Shown: positions 40,980 to 51,500 of the stretch, piece after piece
Position numbering within the stretch: position 1 is the first letter of the stretch
Layout of the letters: every line of letters starts with the position of its first letter
Source: Verrucomicrobiota bacterium
GTDB lineage: Bacteria > Verrucomicrobiota > Verrucomicrobiia > Limisphaerales > Palsa-1400
Reading direction: 5' to 3'
Assembly: GCA_049510745.1 (NCBI GenBank)
Contig: JBEKYR010000027.1
Span: 1 to 64,000, forward strand
DNA length: 64,000 bases
Notes under the pieces: model-generated
What the model saw: only the letters and a program-made list of their open reading frames with translations
Databases searched by the model: none
What the model was told of the DNA's origin: nothing
Made by a program: the position numbers and the translations under genes

Positions 40980-40997
40980 GTCGTCTGTTTTGAGGAC
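40980..40997. promoter_or_regulatory. Operator-like palindrome (copy 3)
   Basis: GTCGTCTGTTTTGAGGAC in the divergent kinase/GH31 intergenic region. Confidence 0.7.
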
Positions 40998-41049
40998 AAG
41001 ACAAGGGTTGGCAACCGCCGCAAGATAAGGCATTGAATCTTACCCATTA

Positions 41050-43479
41050 ATGCGGGAGCAAACCTTAATTTCTATGCGAAGACAAAGAATCACGATGGCG
41101 CTGGCCTGGCTGGGGCTGGCCTTATTTTCCCTCCAAACTGTTTCAGCCGTGGCGGGCAATCCGCCCTCCACGCTCCTGAATGATCCGGTGGATGTGAGCG
41201 GGGATTTTCGGGATTTGGCCAACACCTATTATCTGGCGGACCGGGTGGCTGAATTTGATCCGGCGACTCATGCCGGCAAGATCTCGTATCAGCGCGCCCA
41301 GTATTTCACGCGCCAGGCCTTTGACAACATGCTGGCGGTGCTCAAACCCGTGGCGGCCAATGAATTCCCGGAGCGGGAATATGCCGCCAACCCCGCGCTG
41401 CCCTTTTCCATAGAATTTGTTTCGCCCCGGACCCTGCGGATTCGGGCGGCCAGCGGGCCGGAGTTTCATCCCGCCGCCCAATCGCTTATGCTGGCGGGAC
41501 CGGTGGCCAAGGATGACTCGTGGAAATACAGCAAGGTGGAGGGCGGCCATCGCTACGCCAGCCAGTTTGGTTCGGTGACCCTTTTGGAGAATCCTTTTCA
41601 CATTGAAATTCGGGATGCCCAGGGACGGCTGCTGACCAAAACGGACCACGCTTTGGACAACAGCACCACCTACACGCCCATCGTGCCTTTTTCTTTTGTC
41701 CGCCGGGCGGCGGATTATTCCCGGAGCATGAACGCCGCGTTCACGCTTTCGCCCGGAGAAAAGATTTTCGGCTGCGGAGAATCGTTCACGGGTTTGGACA
41801 AGCGCGGGCAGCGGCTGGTGCTTTGGACGGACGACCCCAATGGCATTCAAAACCAGGGGATGTACAAGCCCATTCCGTTTTTCATGAGCAGCCGGGGATA
41901 CGGGATGTTCCTGCACACCAGTTCGCCGATCACTTGTGATTTTGGGAATTATTTCAGCGGGGTCAACGCGATGATGGTGGGGGATGACGAGCTGGATTTG
42001 TTTGTGTTTCTCGGTTCGCCCAAAGAGGTACTGGATCAATACACCACGCTGACGGGCAAGGCGCCGATGCCGCCGCTGTGGTCGTTTGGCCTTTGGATGA
42101 GCCGATGCACTTATTCAAGCGAGGCGCAAGTGCGCGAAGTGGCGGCTAAACTGCGCCAGAACCGGGTGCCCTGTGATGTGATCCACCTGGATACCGGCTG
42201 GTTTGAAACGGATTGGCGTTGCGATTACCAGTTTTCGACCACGCGCTTCAGCGATCCGCAGAAGATGATTACCGACCTCAAGAACGACGGTTTTCACATC
42301 TCGCTTTGGCAGCTTCCTTATTTTGTGCCCAAGAACACTCTTTTTTCCGAGTTGGTGGAGAAGGGGATGGTGGTGCGGGACCCGAAAGGCAACCTGACGT
42401 ACGAGGACGCGGTGCTGGATTTTTCCAATCCGGCCACGCTGGAGTGGTATCAGGGGAAGCTGGCGAATCTGCTCAAGATGGGGGTGGGGGCGATCAAGGT
42501 GGACTTTGGGGAAGCGGCGCCGAACAACGGGATTTTCGCCTCGGGCCGGACGGGTTTTTACGAGCACAATTATTATCCGTTGCGCTATAACAAAGCGGTG
42601 GCCGACATCACGCGGAAAACCACCGGGGAAAACATCATCTGGGCGCGCAGCGCCTGGGCGGGAAGCCAGCGTTACCCGATTCATTGGGGCGGGGACGCGG
42701 AGAACACGGACAGCGGGATGGCGGCCGAGTTGCGGGGCGGGTTGTCGTTTGGGCTGTCGGGATTCACCTTCTGGAGCCACGATGTGGGGGGGTTCGTGGC
42801 GCGGGCCAGCGATGATTTATACCGGCGCTGGCTGGCCTTTGGCGTGCTCTCTTCGCATACCCGATGCCATGGCACGGCGCCCAAAGAACCGTGGGAATAC
42901 GGCCAGGCCTTTATGGATGATTTCCGCCGCACCGATGAACTGAAATATCAATTGATGCCTTATGTCTATGCCCAGGCCATGGATTCCGCGCAACACGGGC
43001 TGCCGATGGTGCGGGCCTTGTTTGTCGAGTACCCTGATGACCCCGGCTCGTGGCTGGTGGAGGATGAATACCTTTTTGGGTCCGGCATATTGGTGGCCCC
43101 GTTGCTGGAAGAAAACACCGTGGCGCGCAATGTTTATCTCCCGCCCGGAAACTGGATTGACTACCAAACGGGTGTTTCCTATTCCGGCGGCTGGCGGAAG
43201 ATTCAAGCGGGCCGCATCCCCGTCGTCATGCTGGTGCGCGACGGCACGGTGATCCCGCAGATCAAGCCGGCCCAATCGACCATGCAGATGGATTGGTCGA
43301 ACCTGGAATTGGTGGTTTTTTCCACAACAGAAGCTGCGGCCAAAGGCCTGGTTTGTCTGCCGTCGGACAACAGCCTGCGCGAACTTTCCCTGGCCAAACA
43401 AGGGGGGGCCTTTCAATTGGCCAATGACCCGCTGGCGGGGAAGGTGACGTGGAAGATTCGCCCGTTCACGGACCACTGA
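41050..43479 (+). CDS. GH31 glycoside hydrolase, alpha-xylosidase-like
   Basis: Signal peptide; YKPIPFFMSS, PPLWSFGLW, IKVDFGE nucleophile, HWGGD, WSHDVGGF. Confidence 0.92.
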   Translation: MREQTLISMRRQRITMALAWLGLALFSLQTVSAVAGNPPSTLLNDPVDVSGDFRDLANTYYLADRVAEFDPATHAGKISYQRAQYFTRQAFDNMLAVLKPVAANEFPEREYAANPALPFSIEFVSPRTLRIRAASGPEFHPAAQSLMLAGPVAKDDSWKYSKVEGGHRYASQFGSVTLLENPFHIEIRDAQGRLLTKTDHALDNSTTYTPIVPFSFVRRAADYSRSMNAAFTLSPGEKIFGCGESFTGLDKRGQRLVLWTDDPNGIQNQGMYKPIPFFMSSRGYGMFLHTSSPITCDFGNYFSGVNAMMVGDDELDLFVFLGSPKEVLDQYTTLTGKAPMPPLWSFGLWMSRCTYSSEAQVREVAAKLRQNRVPCDVIHLDTGWFETDWRCDYQFSTTRFSDPQKMITDLKNDGFHISLWQLPYFVPKNTLFSELVEKGMVVRDPKGNLTYEDAVLDFSNPATLEWYQGKLANLLKMGVGAIKVDFGEAAPNNGIFASGRTGFYEHNYYPLRYNKAVADITRKTTGENIIWARSAWAGSQRYPIHWGGDAENTDSGMAAELRGGLSFGLSGFTFWSHDVGGFVARASDDLYRRWLAFGVLSSHTRCHGTAPKEPWEYGQAFMDDFRRTDELKYQLMPYVYAQAMDSAQHGLPMVRALFVEYPDDPGSWLVEDEYLFGSGILVAPLLEENTVARNVYLPPGNWIDYQTGVSYSGGWRKIQAGRIPVVMLVRDGTVIPQIKPAQSTMQMDWSNLELVVFSTTEAAAKGLVCLPSDNSLRELSLAKQGGAFQLANDPLAGKVTWKIRPFTDH

Positions 43480-44929
43480 TAGGCGAGCGTGAGGGCGCCA
43501 GAGGTGATGTGATGTACTGGGCCACCCATTCAAAGAATGCGGGCCAGTTGGGGGTGACATCGTGTCCGCCGTCATGTTGCCGCCAGGCCAGTTCGCCGCC
43601 GATCAATTGGTTGACGGGCGGCATGGAGTCGGTCAGGTAATCACCCGGCGTGCCGAAGTCTTTTTTGCCGAGCAGGCGATACACCGGCCCGGCCAGGACG
43701 CCTGCCATGAAGCTGCCGTGCGCATCCACCCATTTCGCATCGCCATGTTCAACGACACCATAACTGATGAAGCACGGACGTGGCGCACAAAGCGCAATTA
43801 GCTCGTGGGCATCAACCGGGAGGTCGGCGGCAGTCTTGACCGGGTCCGCGGACCCATACTTTATGAAGTTGCCAGCCATCCAGTAATACTCGCCGCCAGC
43901 GAGATTTTCGACCGCCTCGCCATAAATGTGGCGGTGGAGTTTCACGCCGCCTTCGCCGGACGAGCCAATCAAACCCACAGCGATGCGCGGCTCGAATGCC
44001 TCGGTGACGATCGCCGCCTTGCCGTAGCGGGAAAGCCCTTCAATGCCGACTTTTTTCGGGTTTACCATCGAGTCCGGAGCCGTCTCGAAGTAATCAATCA
44101 GCCGGCTCACACCCCATTGCCAGGCGCGCAGACTGCCCCAATCATCCGGTTTTCGAGGCCGGCCTTTATTGACAAGGCCAATGATGCCAGTGGTCAGGCG
44201 ATTGTTGTCGCCCTGGATACTCGATGGATTGATGCTGCCGTAACCCCAGCCGTGCGCGATGGCTTGTTCGGTCCAGGGAATTCCGCCAAGCGCGCCAAGA
44301 CCGCCGCGCGGCGGGTTGGCGCCGCCAGGCGCCGCGTTCGAGGCTCCCTGCGTGACCGAATTTGTTGCGCCGCCGCGGCGCAAGCCGCGCGGACCTCCAA
44401 AGCCCCCGAACCCGCCGAACTCTATCATCAACGGCACCGGAACGGTCGCGCCGGCAGGGACCGTGAAGCTCGCCCGGATGTTGACGGAAATCTCCGGATC
44501 GGCGCTGTTGTCCACATGGCCGACCAGGGTTTTGGTGACAATCGGGACGCCGCCGCTCTGGCCGTTGGTGACACCGGTCACTTCCCAAGTCACCTTGGGA
44601 GTGTTTGTCGGAATACGGCCATAGACTTCGCGCTCGAAGTCTTCGACGATCTCGGCGCGGCGGGCGGGCCACTGGTCGGCGCGCCTCACCTTGGCGCCAT
44701 TCTTCATGGTGAGTGGATCGGGCATGCTGCTGGCGTAAGGATTGGCGGTGGCCTCGTCGAAGGTGGATTGGTTGTTGGGGTCCGGACCTCGGCGAAGAGC
44801 CTTGATACCGAGTTGATCCATCATGTTCTGGTGGTCGTCAAACGGCGCCCGGGTGTCTTGAGCGCTCCCCGTGGCGGGCGCAAACCAGATTGCGGCAGCG
44901 AAAAGGAAGACACAACGTGATGAATTCAT
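43466..44929 (-). CDS. CE15-like (glucuronoyl/acetyl xylan) esterase
   Basis: Signal peptide; WPARRAEI, WGSLRAWQWG, GLSRYGK nucleophile motif, LPVDAHELIALCAPRP, HDGGH. Confidence 0.8.
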   Translation of the reverse strand: MNSSRCVFLFAAAIWFAPATGSAQDTRAPFDDHQNMMDQLGIKALRRGPDPNNQSTFDEATANPYASSMPDPLTMKNGAKVRRADQWPARRAEIVEDFEREVYGRIPTNTPKVTWEVTGVTNGQSGGVPIVTKTLVGHVDNSADPEISVNIRASFTVPAGATVPVPLMIEFGGFGGFGGPRGLRRGGATNSVTQGASNAAPGGANPPRGGLGALGGIPWTEQAIAHGWGYGSINPSSIQGDNNRLTTGIIGLVNKGRPRKPDDWGSLRAWQWGVSRLIDYFETAPDSMVNPKKVGIEGLSRYGKAAIVTEAFEPRIAVGLIGSSGEGGVKLHRHIYGEAVENLAGGEYYWMAGNFIKYGSADPVKTAADLPVDAHELIALCAPRPCFISYGVVEHGDAKWVDAHGSFMAGVLAGPVYRLLGKKDFGTPGDYLTDSMPPVNQLIGGELAWRQHDGGHDVTPNWPAFFEWVAQYITSPLAPSRSPISGP

Positions 44930-45062
44930 GGTGTGATTGAAAAAAAGGGCAATTTGAGTTCGAGCTTTCGGCAGCTTAAGCGTCTTGCACGTCGGCATTT
45001 CGGACGGAATCTATCAGATTGAATGGCCGTTGAAAATGAGTGGAAACACTCATTCGATGGAA

Positions 45063-45110
45063 TGGCGCGCCCGAGGGGAGTCGAACCCCTGACCCACTGC
45101 TTAGAAGGCA
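45063..45110 (-). pseudogene. 3' fragment of tRNA-Arg(TCT), probable att-site duplication
   Basis: Minus strand TGCCTTCTAAGCAGTGGGTCAGGGGTTCGACTCCCCTCGGGCGCGCCA contains the anticodon loop, T-arm and CCA; no D-arm or 5' acceptor strand upstream. Confidence 0.8.
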
Positions 45111-45182
45111 ATCCCTGACTCAAAACTTCCTTCGTAGAATTCCAGTCTCCCTCGTAAAGTCAATCCCTGCGGCGCCGTGCGG

Positions 45183-45592
45183 CCCCGGACGTGCGTGTGA
45201 TCGTGCGCAAAAAGGCCGGGGCCGAGGTGGAGTTTGGCAACACGTTGTTCCTGGCCGAAAACCCACAGGGCTTGATTATCGATTGGGAATACTTTCAAGA
45301 GCAGGCTCCGGCCGATACGGCACTGCTGCCGCGCCGCGTGGGCCGGATGGAAAAAGCGTACGGCGCGCGGCTCAAGGCGGCCACCGCAGACCGTGGATTT
45401 GACAGCCACACCAATCGGGTTGGACTGGCCGCCGAGGGCATCTACAACGGGGTTTGCCCGCGTTCCCCCGAAAAACTCAAACAGCGCGGTCGCTCGTGGA
45501 GATTCAAGCGATTGCAACGCCGGCGAGGCCAAACCGAAAGGCGCATTGCCATTGTCAAGAAATGGTTGACTACGCCAAACTCCACTCAATAA
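45183..45592 (+). mobile_element. Internal fragment of a DDE transposase (IS5-like/ISNCY), truncated at both ends
   Basis: RKKAGAEVEFG, TADRGFDS, RRRGQTERRIAIVK; no N-terminus and premature end. Confidence 0.7.
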
Positions 45593-45659
45593 GACCTTAA
45601 CATTGACTTTCTAAGCCATACTTATGCTGTTCCCCAAATCCGGCTTTTTGGGACAAGCT

Positions 45660-48116
45660 CTATCGGGCTGCTGGCAAAGGGGTCCGATTCCGCAATAGCT
45701 GGGCATAGTGCAGGGCGGCTGCATCCTTGGGGTTGCGCTGGAGAACGTCCTCAAATTGTTTGAGGGCATCTTCAAGCTTTTCCTGTTCGTATAAGGCGAT
45801 ACCCAGGTCCACCTGCGCCTCAATTAAATTGGGATCAAGTCGCAGGGCTTGCCGAAACTCCTCCTCCGCCAGAGCGGGCTTCCTAAGTCGGCCCAGTTCA
45901 ACACCCAGTTGCATGTGGGGTTGCGCCTGATCGGGCTCCAGTTCAACAGCCGTCAGATATTGTCGCGCTGCTTCGTCATGCCGGCCGAATGCCGCCAGCG
46001 CCCGACCGGCTTCCATGCGCAAGCCGGGATCCGATGGGCTAAGCTCAATAGCAGCGGCAAAATTGGTGACGGCCAGCCCAAACCAGCGGCGGCTGACGCA
46101 AAAACGCGCCAGCGTGGCCAGATCGTCCGCCTGGTTGACACGATTGGTCAACGCCGCGGTGTAGCATTGTTCCGCGTCGTTGGTGCGCCCCATTTTTTCA
46201 TACAGTTGGCCCAGCGCCAGCCAAGCCGTGCCATAATCCGGTTTCAGGGCGAGGGCGCGTTTGAATTCGACGACAGCCTCTTCGCGGCGGCCAAGTTTTT
46301 CCAGGCACAAGGCGAAGTTGTGCCGGCCCCAAACGGCTTGCGGATCGAGCGCAAACACCCGCTTAAAGGCCGCGGCGGCCTCCTCGTATTTATCTTCCTG
46401 CGCCCGCACAGTGCCGTAAAGCAGCCAGCACTGGGCGCTGCTGGGCACAGTGTCAAGCGAACGTTGAGCCGCGGCCACCGCCCCGGCATAATCTCCCTGC
46501 GCCTGCTTGATTTCGCCCAATTGTTCCCACAGCGCGGCATCGTCGGGCCGCGGCGCGAGCGCGGCCTCGGCGGCGGATCGAGCCTCGCGAAGCGACGCCG
46601 CTGAATTGGCCGGCAGCAATTTGCGCGCGGCTTCTGTCAGGCGGCGCATTTGTTCGGCGTGGTTGGCTTGAAAAGTGAAGGGAACATCCGCCAGCCGCCC
46701 GAGCATGTCGGACAGGGCCAGTTGCGTGTCGCGGTGCGTGCGGCCGAGGCATTGCGCGCATTGGGCCATGTCCGGCCAAGAAACGCTTTCCGGCAGCATC
46801 AATACTTTTTCCACTTTTTCCGCGATGGCGCGGGCAAGGACATAGTTGCCCTGGAATGTGAGATGAACATGTTCATAAAAGAATCCGGCGCCGGGAATGC
46901 CGTCCGAACTTGCCTCCGCCAGCGCCCGTTCACCGTCGGCCAGCGCGACATTCCCCGCCGCCTGCTGCCGGATGATGTGATTGAATCGGCTGTCACATCG
47001 AAAACGCAAGGCATCCAGATCGCGCGCCGCGGCAAACTCCTTTTGGGCCGCCCCGACCTCATTCAACGCCAGCGCGCATTGGCCGCGGCGGAAACGCAAC
47101 TCCGCAAAGCTCTCGTCGATCCGTTCCGCTTGATCGTAGTCGGTGACCGCCTGCCGAAAATCCCCGGTCTGCCGGGCTTTTTCGCCGGCGCCAAAGAAGC
47201 GTTGCCAGTCATTTAGCCGGGATTCCGAAAGATCGGGGCGGTGCAGCGACGCGAATGGAGCGCAATCCTTCAAGTTCACCGCCACCGTGCTTAATACGAT
47301 TTTCGCCCCACAGTTTCGGCCCGCGGCGATGATGTCTTTGAGATTTCGCCCGAAATTCTCATAAACGGCGCCGAGGCGCGGGTCGGAACCGGCCAATTTA
47401 TATTTGATGAACATCCTCATGCCCTCCCATTCGCCGCTCCCGGCGGCGGTTTTCCGCGCCCCTCCCCGCAACGCGTCGAGCAATTGGCCGGTCCGTGTCG
47501 CTTTCAGCGCCAGTCCGGCGCGGATCCATGGCAGGGGCGTCGTTTGATTGCCAAAGACCGTCCCGGGGCCGAACGGCCCGACGACTTCATTGTTCCCCAT
47601 GTAAATCACCCAAACGTCCCCGTGGGCCTTCGCGCAGCCGCAGGACAGGGGCAGTATGACGTGCGAATTGATGCCGGTCATGGCGGCGTTAACCACCTCA
47701 AATTTTTTGCCGGGATGACGCAAGCCAAGAATGGCTTCCAGCATGCGAGGCAGCCCGAAGCGCGGTTGCGGATCGCCATAAGCAGCGGATTCGCCAAAGA
47801 CAAAAATCCGAACCGTGCCGGGCGGCTTCACGCGCGGGATGGAAGTCGCGTCCGGCAGGCGGGCCATGCGCGGACCAAAAAACCGCCAGCCAAATTGGTT
47901 GTTCTGCACGAAGGTCGCCTCACCGTGGTTGGATGATTTCAGCAGGAATGCGGTTGGGCATCCAAAACCGGCCAGTCGGAGACCCAATTCAAGCAGGCCC
48001 AAGAAAAGCAGCGGCACTCCCGTCAGGGCTATCAGGCGGAACCGCCACAATGGCCGCCCGGATAATGGCGCGGCAGGATTCCCGGCGGAATTACGCTTTG
48101 GCTTCCGGCGGCTCAT
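45660..48116 (-). CDS. Membrane-anchored SGNH-like plus TPR-repeat protein
   Basis: N-terminal TM; FVFGESAA, NAAMTGINS, YMGNNE, FYEHVH; many C-terminal TPRs. Confidence 0.82.
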   Translation of the reverse strand: MSRRKPKRNSAGNPAAPLSGRPLWRFRLIALTGVPLLFLGLLELGLRLAGFGCPTAFLLKSSNHGEATFVQNNQFGWRFFGPRMARLPDATSIPRVKPPGTVRIFVFGESAAYGDPQPRFGLPRMLEAILGLRHPGKKFEVVNAAMTGINSHVILPLSCGCAKAHGDVWVIYMGNNEVVGPFGPGTVFGNQTTPLPWIRAGLALKATRTGQLLDALRGGARKTAAGSGEWEGMRMFIKYKLAGSDPRLGAVYENFGRNLKDIIAAGRNCGAKIVLSTVAVNLKDCAPFASLHRPDLSESRLNDWQRFFGAGEKARQTGDFRQAVTDYDQAERIDESFAELRFRRGQCALALNEVGAAQKEFAAARDLDALRFRCDSRFNHIIRQQAAGNVALADGERALAEASSDGIPGAGFFYEHVHLTFQGNYVLARAIAEKVEKVLMLPESVSWPDMAQCAQCLGRTHRDTQLALSDMLGRLADVPFTFQANHAEQMRRLTEAARKLLPANSAASLREARSAAEAALAPRPDDAALWEQLGEIKQAQGDYAGAVAAAQRSLDTVPSSAQCWLLYGTVRAQEDKYEEAAAAFKRVFALDPQAVWGRHNFALCLEKLGRREEAVVEFKRALALKPDYGTAWLALGQLYEKMGRTNDAEQCYTAALTNRVNQADDLATLARFCVSRRWFGLAVTNFAAAIELSPSDPGLRMEAGRALAAFGRHDEAARQYLTAVELEPDQAQPHMQLGVELGRLRKPALAEEEFRQALRLDPNLIEAQVDLGIALYEQEKLEDALKQFEDVLQRNPKDAAALHYAQLLRNRTPLPAAR

Positions 48117-48344
48117 AACGTTCAAAACATGCTGTCAACAGCATGGTGTCCTTTCAGGGCGGCTTCGATTTCGCCCTCGGAACATCATAGATGCGGAAAC
48201 GATAATGGCAGGGCGGGATTGGGTCGAGGGTTAATTTGCCCCGCGCAGGAGATGGGGCGCATCGCGGTTTCTTGCAGGCTGGAAACCAAGCTGTTTTGAA
48301 TTCAAAAATCATTCCCCAAACCGCCATGACCACCGAAGGGTGAC

Positions 48345-48380
48345 AAAAAAAGAGACAGAGGTGAAAACCTCTGCCTCTCT
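48345..48380 (-). terminator. Intrinsic terminator (second of a tandem pair)
   Basis: AGAGAGGCAGAGG-TTTTCA-CCTCTGTCTCT followed by a T-run on the minus strand. Confidence 0.7.
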
Positions 48381-48452
48381 GAGGCAGATCTCAATTACAG
48401 GCGTCCGCCTTACGGGTTTAGCAAGCGGAAGTATTGGCCTTTCATTTTGGGC

Positions 48453-48491
48453 AAAAACAGGAGGGGCAGAGGTGCGATCCTCTGCCCCTCC
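48453..48491 (-). terminator. Intrinsic terminator after the LamG/Ig gene
   Basis: GGAGGGGCAGAGG-ATCGCA-CCTCTGCCCCTCC-TGTTTTT on the minus strand. Confidence 0.7.
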
Positions 48492-48523
48492 CAGACTCTA
48501 ATCCGATTCGCTTGTATGCGATG

Positions 48524-51500
48524 TTACGGGATCCCCGCCTCGAAGAACTCGGTGCCAGTTGCCGGGACGGTAAGCGAGCCGCTCGTGCCGTTATCAGTCC
48601 ACTTGCCGGGCTTCAAACTGGACAAACTGGGCGCCGAGTAGAGGTGGGCGCCAACTGTGGTCTGGTCCCAAGTGACCGTGACGGTGCCGTTCAGGTTATT
48701 GACGATAGACACCTGCGGCGGTCCCAGCCGCACCACGAGGGCGTTGATATAACCGGTGCCGGTACTAGGCGTTTGCTCAATGATGTTCTCCGACGTGCCA
48801 GGCGCCACAAACGTCCCCACAATATAGACGTTTTGCCCCATTTCGATTTCCGCGGAGGCGTCCGTGGGATCCACCGGATCGTTAAAAATCGCCTCAACTA
48901 TGGTATTTCCACTACTATCGTCGAGTGCGAAGAGCTGGACGCTGTACCGGATTCCAGGCGTCAGGTTAGTGAGGGTTATGGTAAAGGGTCCACCATAGTC
49001 ATTAGCGTGCAAGTATGAGGACAGCAGTTGGTTCCAGGTGGCATCATCGGCGTTAGTCTCGCCGTCATTGAAGCTGGAGTCACCATTTATCCCACCCCCA
49101 CCCGTCCCATCCAGAGTAGCGAACGCATCCACGTCCGACGTGAAGTCGTAATTCGTGCCGTTGTTAAGCGTCAGGATGGTCTCGGATCCGCCAAAGGTGG
49201 CCGCATATACAACCGACCCTGGCTGGGCCAGCGTTACGTCGGGAGTTGTGATCGGCTTCGGCGCCGACCAGGAGATGCTGTCCTCCGGATTATAAATCAC
49301 AAAATAGCTGGTTTCATTCGTGCCGTACTTGTTCGTGATAATCAACTGATACGTACCCACGTCGGCCAGCGACGGATGGGAGAGAGTCAACGTGTTCGTG
49401 TTGGCGCCCGAGATAGCGCCGCCGTTGGCCAACTTATTGGTGCCGTCAAACACCCACTGATACGAAAGGGGCGCCCCGCCGTCAACGACATTGGCACTGA
49501 TGACCACAGTTGAGCCTGGAAAGGCGTAGGCGCCCGGCGTCCCGGATGCGGATTCCGGCTGCTGGAGGATATATGGCGGAGCGTTAGAGGGTATGGCGAT
49601 CAATTGCTGAACGTCGTTGGAACTGAGGTCGTAGTTATAGATGCGCACGTCGTAGATCTCGAAGGTCGAATAGTTGCCAAAGCTGTTGCCGGACGGGCTG
49701 TCTTTGGCGGCGATGCAGAGGTGTTCAGCCGGAGCCAAGATATATGGCGTGTTGCCGGTCTCTTGGGCAGCCAGCACGCCATCGATCCACAGGTTGCGAA
49801 TGCCTGTTCCGGCGTTGAAAGTGCCAGTGTAGTTGTGCCATTTGCCATCATTGCTCGGGATGGTCCGGGTGACCATATCGTCCAGATCACCGCCACCAAA
49901 ATCGCCCCCGCCCACCACGCCCGCCGCACCCGCGCCATTGTCTCGAACGGTGAAACACGCAAAGGCCGGGGGGCTCACGCTTCCGTCCTCGCGAAGCTGC
50001 CATCCGGCTTCACCTTCGCCATACTTGGACACCCACGGGCTCCATTGGCCCGGCAAGCCTCTCGCCCAGCACGAAACGGTGAAAGCGGGTCCTATCCCCT
50101 CATCGAACGTGTTGGTGTACTTCGCGTCCCACGTGGACGACGAATTGCTGATGGCCAGGCCGGTATCATTGTTGAAGAAGTAAAGCGCTTGGCCGGGGAA
50201 GCCGGGCGGCGGATCATTCGTGAACACATAGTCGCCACCCAGGATGTAACCGTCGTGTGTGCCTATCGGCGAATAGCGCGAAACATCGGCGAAGTTGGTT
50301 GCTCCGTTGAGCCATTCACCCACCAGGCTCGGTGTTAGAGTCTCCACGACCAACTCATTCGTGCTCGAATTCGCCCAGCCAAGCGCGTTGGACGCGACCA
50401 GCCGATAGAATCCACTGTCTTCAAGCAAAACCGTGGCAAATTTCAGCGTGGTACTCGTCGCGCCGGGGACATTGGTCCATGTGACATCGTTCGCGCTGAA
50501 TTGCCATTGGTTGGTGATGGGAAGCAACCCTGTGAAGCTTGCGCTCATGCTGAAGGAGTACCCGGCGTAAACTTCGTTGGTCCCGGCGGGAGAAATATCC
50601 GTCACAAGAATCGGCGCCGAAGCGGGGTTGACCGTAAGCTCCACGATGGCGCTCGTAACGGACTCGGACTGCCCGAAATCGGCGATCAATTGGTATTCGT
50701 AGGGACCCTGAAGTGAAGTGGTGTCCACCACAGTGTTCGAAGCGGTCGCCCCGGGAATATTGCTAAAGCTTGCGCCGCCCGAGCCATTGTCCCATTGCCA
50801 CCGGAAAGATGTTGCCGTCCCGATAATATTCGAGACGCTCAGTGTCACCGCACTGCCGGCATACACAAAATTGCTTGGTGAAGCCATAGCGCCGATGAGC
50901 AAATTGGTCCCGACCTGCAAAACACCCTGCCCATTGTTGGTGGTGAACTTGAAGTTGCTGATCGCCGATGGATACCCGTCCACATAGAGGCTCCCCGCGC
51001 TTGCCAGCGCGGCGTAATCGGTCCATTGCCAGTTGGTTAAGGAGAGAGAACCCGTTCCGCCATCAATGAAGTTGACGTAACTGCCCCCTTGGACGGTGAG
51101 CGTCGCCTCGCTTGGATTTATGGTCGGGCAAACTTCTGTCATAACCAATGAGCCGTTGAGAATGTTTATCACGCCGAGTCCGTTTGAGACGGCTGAAGGG
51201 GAGTTCGGCATGCCGCTATAATAACCGCCCAAGCTAAGCGGCAGCGGCATTTCGTCGTTGAACGTCCCGGCGTTCAAATTCAAAGTGCCTAAAGAGTTGT
51301 TGCCATTTGCGCCAAAGAACACACCCGCGTTGCCGTCGGTGATAGCCTTTGTCTCGGTCAGGTTGAATGTGCCGCCATTCACATTGACCGTGCCGCGGTC
51401 GTTAGGACCGCTGCCGCACCCAAAGCGCTGCTCGTATACACCGTCAGCAAACAAATTCAACACGGCGTTATTTGAAATCGTCCATATTCCGGTGGAATCG

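Noticed and set aside
45063..45140. Intact tRNA-Arg gene
   Set aside because: No D-arm and no 5' strand able to pair with the 3' acceptor sequence.
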